Source: an uncultured Clostridia bacterium (GTDB lineage: Bacteria > Bacillota > Clostridia > TANB77 > CAG-508). From it: a stretch of DNA of 64,000 bases. Location: NCBI GenBank assembly GCA_934180065.1, contig CAKPRA010000007.1, positions 1,963 through 65,962 of the forward strand, written 5' to 3'. The notes below the pieces were generated by a model. The model searched no databases. It was not told where the DNA came from and worked only from the letters and a program-made list of their open reading frames with translations. A program made the translations under genes and the position numbers. Below are positions 48,501-54,500 of this stretch, piece after piece (position 1 is the stretch's first letter; each line of letters opens with the position of its first letter).

Positions 48501-51500
48501 GGTTGAGTATGACTTTAAATTGGAAAAACTTGATACTTCAAAGAAGCCATTATCTGGTACTCAAATTGAAGTTAATAGTAGTAAATCAGGTAAATATTAT
48601 ACAAATGGTAAATCAGAAATGAGCTTTAAAGAGCAAAATTTAAAACCAGGTGATATAATTACATATACTATCAGAGAAGTTCATACAGTAGCAAATAGTG
48701 CATATGTAAATAGATTTTATAATACTATTACTTATAAAGTTGAAGTAAAAGCTGATGGTACATTGGAACAAAAAGAAGCATATATTACAACTTCTGATGG
48801 AAATAAAAATTTAAGTGAAGTGAGATTCTTAGACTATGGTATATCAGGTACTAGTGGAAATCAAACTATTTACTTTAAATTGGAAAATCCAACTAAGATT
48901 AATGTTGAATTATTAAAAACACAAGCTGGAAAAGATGAATCTGCAATTTTAAATACAAACTTTACTATTAATAGTAGTTTGAGTGGTGACCATACTGAAA
49001 ATACAGATTCTAATGGATTAATAAACTTTACAGAAAGTTCTATTAAGCCAGGTGATTATACTTATAAAGTGTATGAAAATAAAGTTGCAAATCCAAACTA
49101 TGTCAACGTATTAGATGGCATGTATATGGAGGTTAATGTTTCAGTTAGTGCTGCTGGATTAATTACAATCAATAGCACAAAATATTATTATAAAGAAAAT
49201 AATGTAGAGATAACAAATGAAAGTCTATTAACAAAATTAAGAAAATATGCAACTGCAACAGTTGATGATTCTGCAAGTGTTAAAAAATTAAAATTTGTTG
49301 TTAAGGACCCTGTTACATTTGAATTTAAGGTATTTAAACATACAACTGGAAATGAAAAACTTGAAAATGTTAAATTTAAAATTACAAGTCCTTTATCTGG
49401 AGAGCAAACTGCAACAACTGATTCAAATGGATATATAACTGTTGATAGTGATAAATGGGTTGAACCAGGTGTTTATAAATATGAAATTACAGAGCTTGAA
49501 ACTATAGGAAAACAATATGATAATATTTTAGATGGATATAAGGTTGTAGTATATTTAAAAATTAGTAACACTGGATTAATTTCTCTTGTTAAAGATGCTA
49601 ATGGAACAGCATTTACTAAAAATGATAAATATAAATATTCTATTGAAAAGATAGATGGTTCTGATGTAAGCAGTGAAGCTTCTGATATTATTCATAAATA
49701 TATTACGGTTACTCCTACAGAAGTTAAAGATGCAAAAGATAAAGTAACTGTTTCTGTAGCTAATACAACAGGATACAATATGGATATTATTAAGAAAGAT
49801 TCTGCCGGAAATAAAGTTTCAGGATCTAAGTTTACAGTAATAAGAAACAAAACTGTTAAATTATTAGATAATGAAGATGTAACTTCTGATAAAGAAATTA
49901 CTGAGAGAGATTTATCACAAGGAAATTATACATTTGATATTACTGAAAATAGTGCTCCAGAAGGTGCATATATAAATATATTAGATGGAAAATTCATTAG
50001 AGTATATACATATTTAAGTGATAAAGGTGTATTGGATATTAGAAATTCTTCTGGTACAGTTTCAAATAATTATTTTGAGATATATGAAGGAGATATTACT
50101 AATACATCAAAAGCTAAATTATTAGATAAAAATGATGCAAATTATAAATATTTATATAATTTAATCAGTGTTAATGCACAAGATAAAGACAAAGACGGAA
50201 TCTATACTATAGATGTTTCTGTAATAAACCCTGTAAATATCAATGTTGAAGTATTGAAAAAACAATATGGAACAGGCGGTAAGGGAATTGCTAAGACAGA
50301 ATTTACAATTAGTAGAGATGAAAATAATAAACATGAAAACGTATTTACAAATAATAGTGGTATATATGATTTCACAGAAGAGCGAATAGCACCAGGGGAT
50401 TATACTTATACTGTAAAAGAGCTATCTCCTGCAAGTGGTAAGTATGTAAACATCTTGAAAGATAGATATATGGAAGTATATATTAATGTTAATGCTAAAG
50501 GTGAAATAACTGTTAAGGGATATGAATTATTTAGTAAAGAAGGAACCAAACTTTCTTCTGAGATTAAAAATGAGATTTCTAAATATATTGCAATTAGTGT
50601 TAATAAAAGCTCTGAAACTCAAAAATTAGTGATTACAATTTATAACCCTACAACAATGACTTTTGACTTGTATAAGAGCGATATTGATAATAAACCTTTG
50701 GCAAATGCTAAGTTTAAAATTTCAAGAACACTTGTAAAAGTATATGCCAATAATAAAACTACAAAAGATATTAATGAACTTGAAACTACAACTGATAAGT
50801 TAGGTAAAGCTTTATTGAATAATGATAAAATTCTTGATCCAGGTATTTATAAATATGAAATTACTGAGTTAAATGCTCCAGGAAATCAATATGTAAATAC
50901 ACTTGAAAATATTAAAGTTGTTATCTATGTAAAACTAGCTTTAAATGGTAATGTTTCAATTGTGGCAAACAATAGTGGTACAGAATTTAAATCTGACACT
51001 GTATATAAATATTATGTTTTGAATTCTGATAATTCTGTTGCAAGTAAAGAAGTTCAAGATTTAGTTCATAAATACTTTACTGTTACAACAGAGCAACAAA
51101 ATAATTCTATAGGTGGAATAAAATGTGATGTTATAAATCCTATAAGATATAAAGTCGATATTATTAAAAATGACGAAAGAGCAAAACCATTGAGTGGTAC
51201 TAAATTCTCAGTAGTTAGAGATGATGGTATTAAGGTCCTTGATAATGCTGAAATTACAACAGATGTTGAGATTGAAGAAAATTATATTGAACAAGGTGAC
51301 CATGTATACTATATTACAGAAAATAGTACTGTTCCGGGATATATTAATAAACTTAAAGGTATGTTTATAAAAGCATATATTAATGTAAGTGCACAAGGTG
51401 TGGTTACAGTTAATAAATACGAAATTTATAAAGGTACAGTTGAGGATATTAGTAAATCAGTATTACTTGATAAAAATAAAAACTTAGAATTGTACAATTT

Positions 51501-54500
51501 AATTGGTGTTGAAAGTGTTGTAAATGATAATGTTTATACATTAAATGTTAAAGTTACAAACCCAGATTTAACATATAATTTGTTAATTAATAAAAAGATT
51601 TTTGGAAATGAAGAAATTAATTTAGCAAATACTAAGTTTACAGTTATAAGAATAAATGAAAGTAATTCTGAGAAGAAAACTTATACAAATAAAGTTACTG
51701 ATAAAAACGGAAATATTTCAATATTGCAAGAAAGAATTCCTGCTGGAATATACAAATATTTGATAACAGAAACAAGAACTTCTGGAAATCAATTTGTAAA
51801 TATTTTCGCAAATAGTACATATGTTGTGGTTAGATTAAAAGTAAATGAGGATGGAACAATAAAAATTCTAGACGAAAATGGTAATGTTAGTGAAGATGCT
51901 TATGATGTGTATAGACAAAAAGCTAATACATCAGTCTTAGAAAAAATTGATTCTAAGGATACTGTTATTAATAAGTCTGTGGTAAGAGTTGGTATAACTA
52001 CAAATAATAACAATGTCCCTGAACTAGATATATTTGTTAAGAATCCTGAAAAATATAACTTTAATTTAGTTAAAATTGACAGTAGTACAAAAGAAAAATT
52101 AAATAATGTTAAATTTAGTTTAACAGTTTATGAAGGCGAAAATGTTATTAAATTAAAGAATGCAAATACATTTAAAGAAATAAATACTAATGAATTAGTA
52201 ACTAAAAATGTAAACGGAAAAGATGGTTATATAAGTATTAAAGATATATTAATCGAAAAATCTGGTAAATATACATTTGTATTACATGAAGAGTCAACTG
52301 ATGGATTGTTCGAGAAAATATATAAAACACACGGATCTGATATTAAGGTCACTGTGGAAATTGCAGTTCAAAATGGTGAGTACATTATTAAGAAACCTGT
52401 AATCACACAAGGTTCAAAATATGTGGATTCACTAGATGTAACATCAACAAAATCACAAACTGCAACTGTTGAAGTTATTAATACACCAATGACTGGATCT
52501 TATGAATTAGTTATCGATAAATTAGATAGCTATACTGAGAAAAACCTAAAAGGTGCTGAATTTGATATATCTGTAGAAAAAGATGGTAAACCTTATGAGC
52601 TATATAAAGCAAATGATGATTTAACAATAAATGAAGTAATTTTACCAAAATCAGTTAAAGTCAATGGTGAATTAACAATACCAAATATAAGAATTGATAG
52701 ACCTGAAACTTATACTATAATACTTAAGGAAACTAAAGCACCTACTGGTTATATGCTATTAGATGCTCCAATAAAGATTAAAGTTACAACAGGTAGAAGC
52801 GGTTCTTATGATGACGAAAAATTCATTGTTGAATCTATTGAATTAATTGATGATAATAATCATGGATTAGTTACAGCAGATAACGGTGATGAGTCAATTC
52901 ATATAACAGCTAAAAACGAATATTTCGATTTAGCATTAAGAAAATCTATCACATCTGTTGCTTACAGTGATAGAGAAGAAGCAAAGATTACTGAAGAGGA
53001 AACTAAAGACAGAGTTCCAATTGTTGAATCTAAGAATTTAATTGAAAATGATAAGGTTACAACAGCAGATTACAACCATGTTAAGAACCATGTTAGAGGT
53101 TATAATTCTCAAGAAGTAATATTTACATTAAGAGTTTATAATGAAGGCGAAATTGATGGATATGCTGAAGAAATTACAGATCACTTACCAGAAGGTTTAG
53201 AGTTTGTAAATGATAGCTTTAATGCAGAATATGGCTGGAAATTAGATTCATCAGATACTTCATTAAGAACTATTAAAACAACATATTTATCTAAGGATAG
53301 TAATCCAAATAATGATAAATATAATTCTAAAAATAACTTAATTAAGGCTATGGATAAAACAACTGGAAAGATTGACTTTAAAGAAATCCAAGTTAAATGT
53401 AAAATTTCTGAAGATGTTAAAGTAGGTACAATACTTACAAACATTGCAGAAATTAGTAAGAGCAAGGCAAATAATAGAACAGCTGAAACTGTTGATATTG
53501 ATTCTACAACAAATAATGTCAAGGTTCCAGAAACTTCAGAAGGAATGGAACAATATAATGAAGATAAATTGACAGATGATAGAAACAAATATGTTCCTGG
53601 ACAAGAAGATGATGATGACTTTGAAAAGATTATTGTTGATGAATTCGACTTAGCTTTAAGAAAATATATTACTGAGATTAATGATGAAAAAGTTATTGAA
53701 GATAATGGGGATTCAATAGACGAAGACAGTCCTGCTAGATATGCAAGAGCGCCTATAGTAAATGTTGATTCATTGAAGGATGGCACAAGCACGACTGCTA
53801 AATATGATCATCCAAAAGATCCTGTTGAGGTTTCTGTTGGAGATATAGTAACATATACATTAAGAGTCTATAATGAGGGTACAGTATCTGGATATGCATC
53901 ATTAATTAAAGATGATATACCTGAAGGATTAGAATTTGTAACATATGATAAAGGTGATGGAAGTACAAATGATATCTATAGATGGAAAATGGTCAATGAA
54001 AATGATGAAGAGGTAACAGATCCTAGTGAAGCTAAATATGTAGTATCAGATTATCTATCAAAAGATAATGAGAAAACAGAATTTGGCAATTTGATTAAAG
54101 CATTTGATCATGACACAATGAGTACACTAGATTCTAAGTATGTAAAAATTGCATTTAGAGTTGTATGTAAACAAGATTATCCAAAAATTATAACAAATGA
54201 AGCTCAAATTTCTGATGATTCAGATGAATCAGGAAAATCTGTAATAGACAGAGATTCTACTCCAAATGAGTGGCTTGATGAAGATGATGAAGATGTTGAG
54301 CACATTAAAGTAACATATATGGACTTGGCATTAAGAAAGTTCATTACAGGTGTAAATAGTGAAGAGGTAACTAATAGAGTTCCTGTCGTTGATGCTACAG
54401 CATTAAAGGACGAAACTGGAACAACAGCAGATTATAAACATACAAAAGAGCCAGTTTTAGTTCATACAAATGATACTGTAATCTATACTTTGAGAGTTTA

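Noticed and set aside
26853-53792. Numerous 60-200-aa minus-strand ORFs inside the giant genes (e.g. 26853-27383, 33348-33794, 43362-43934, 53181-53792)
   Set aside because: All lie antisense within long plus-strand ORFs that have clear domain periodicity. Their translations are low-complexity L/F/S/I-rich, they have no RBS, and such ORFs are expected by chance opposite AT-rich coding DNA.
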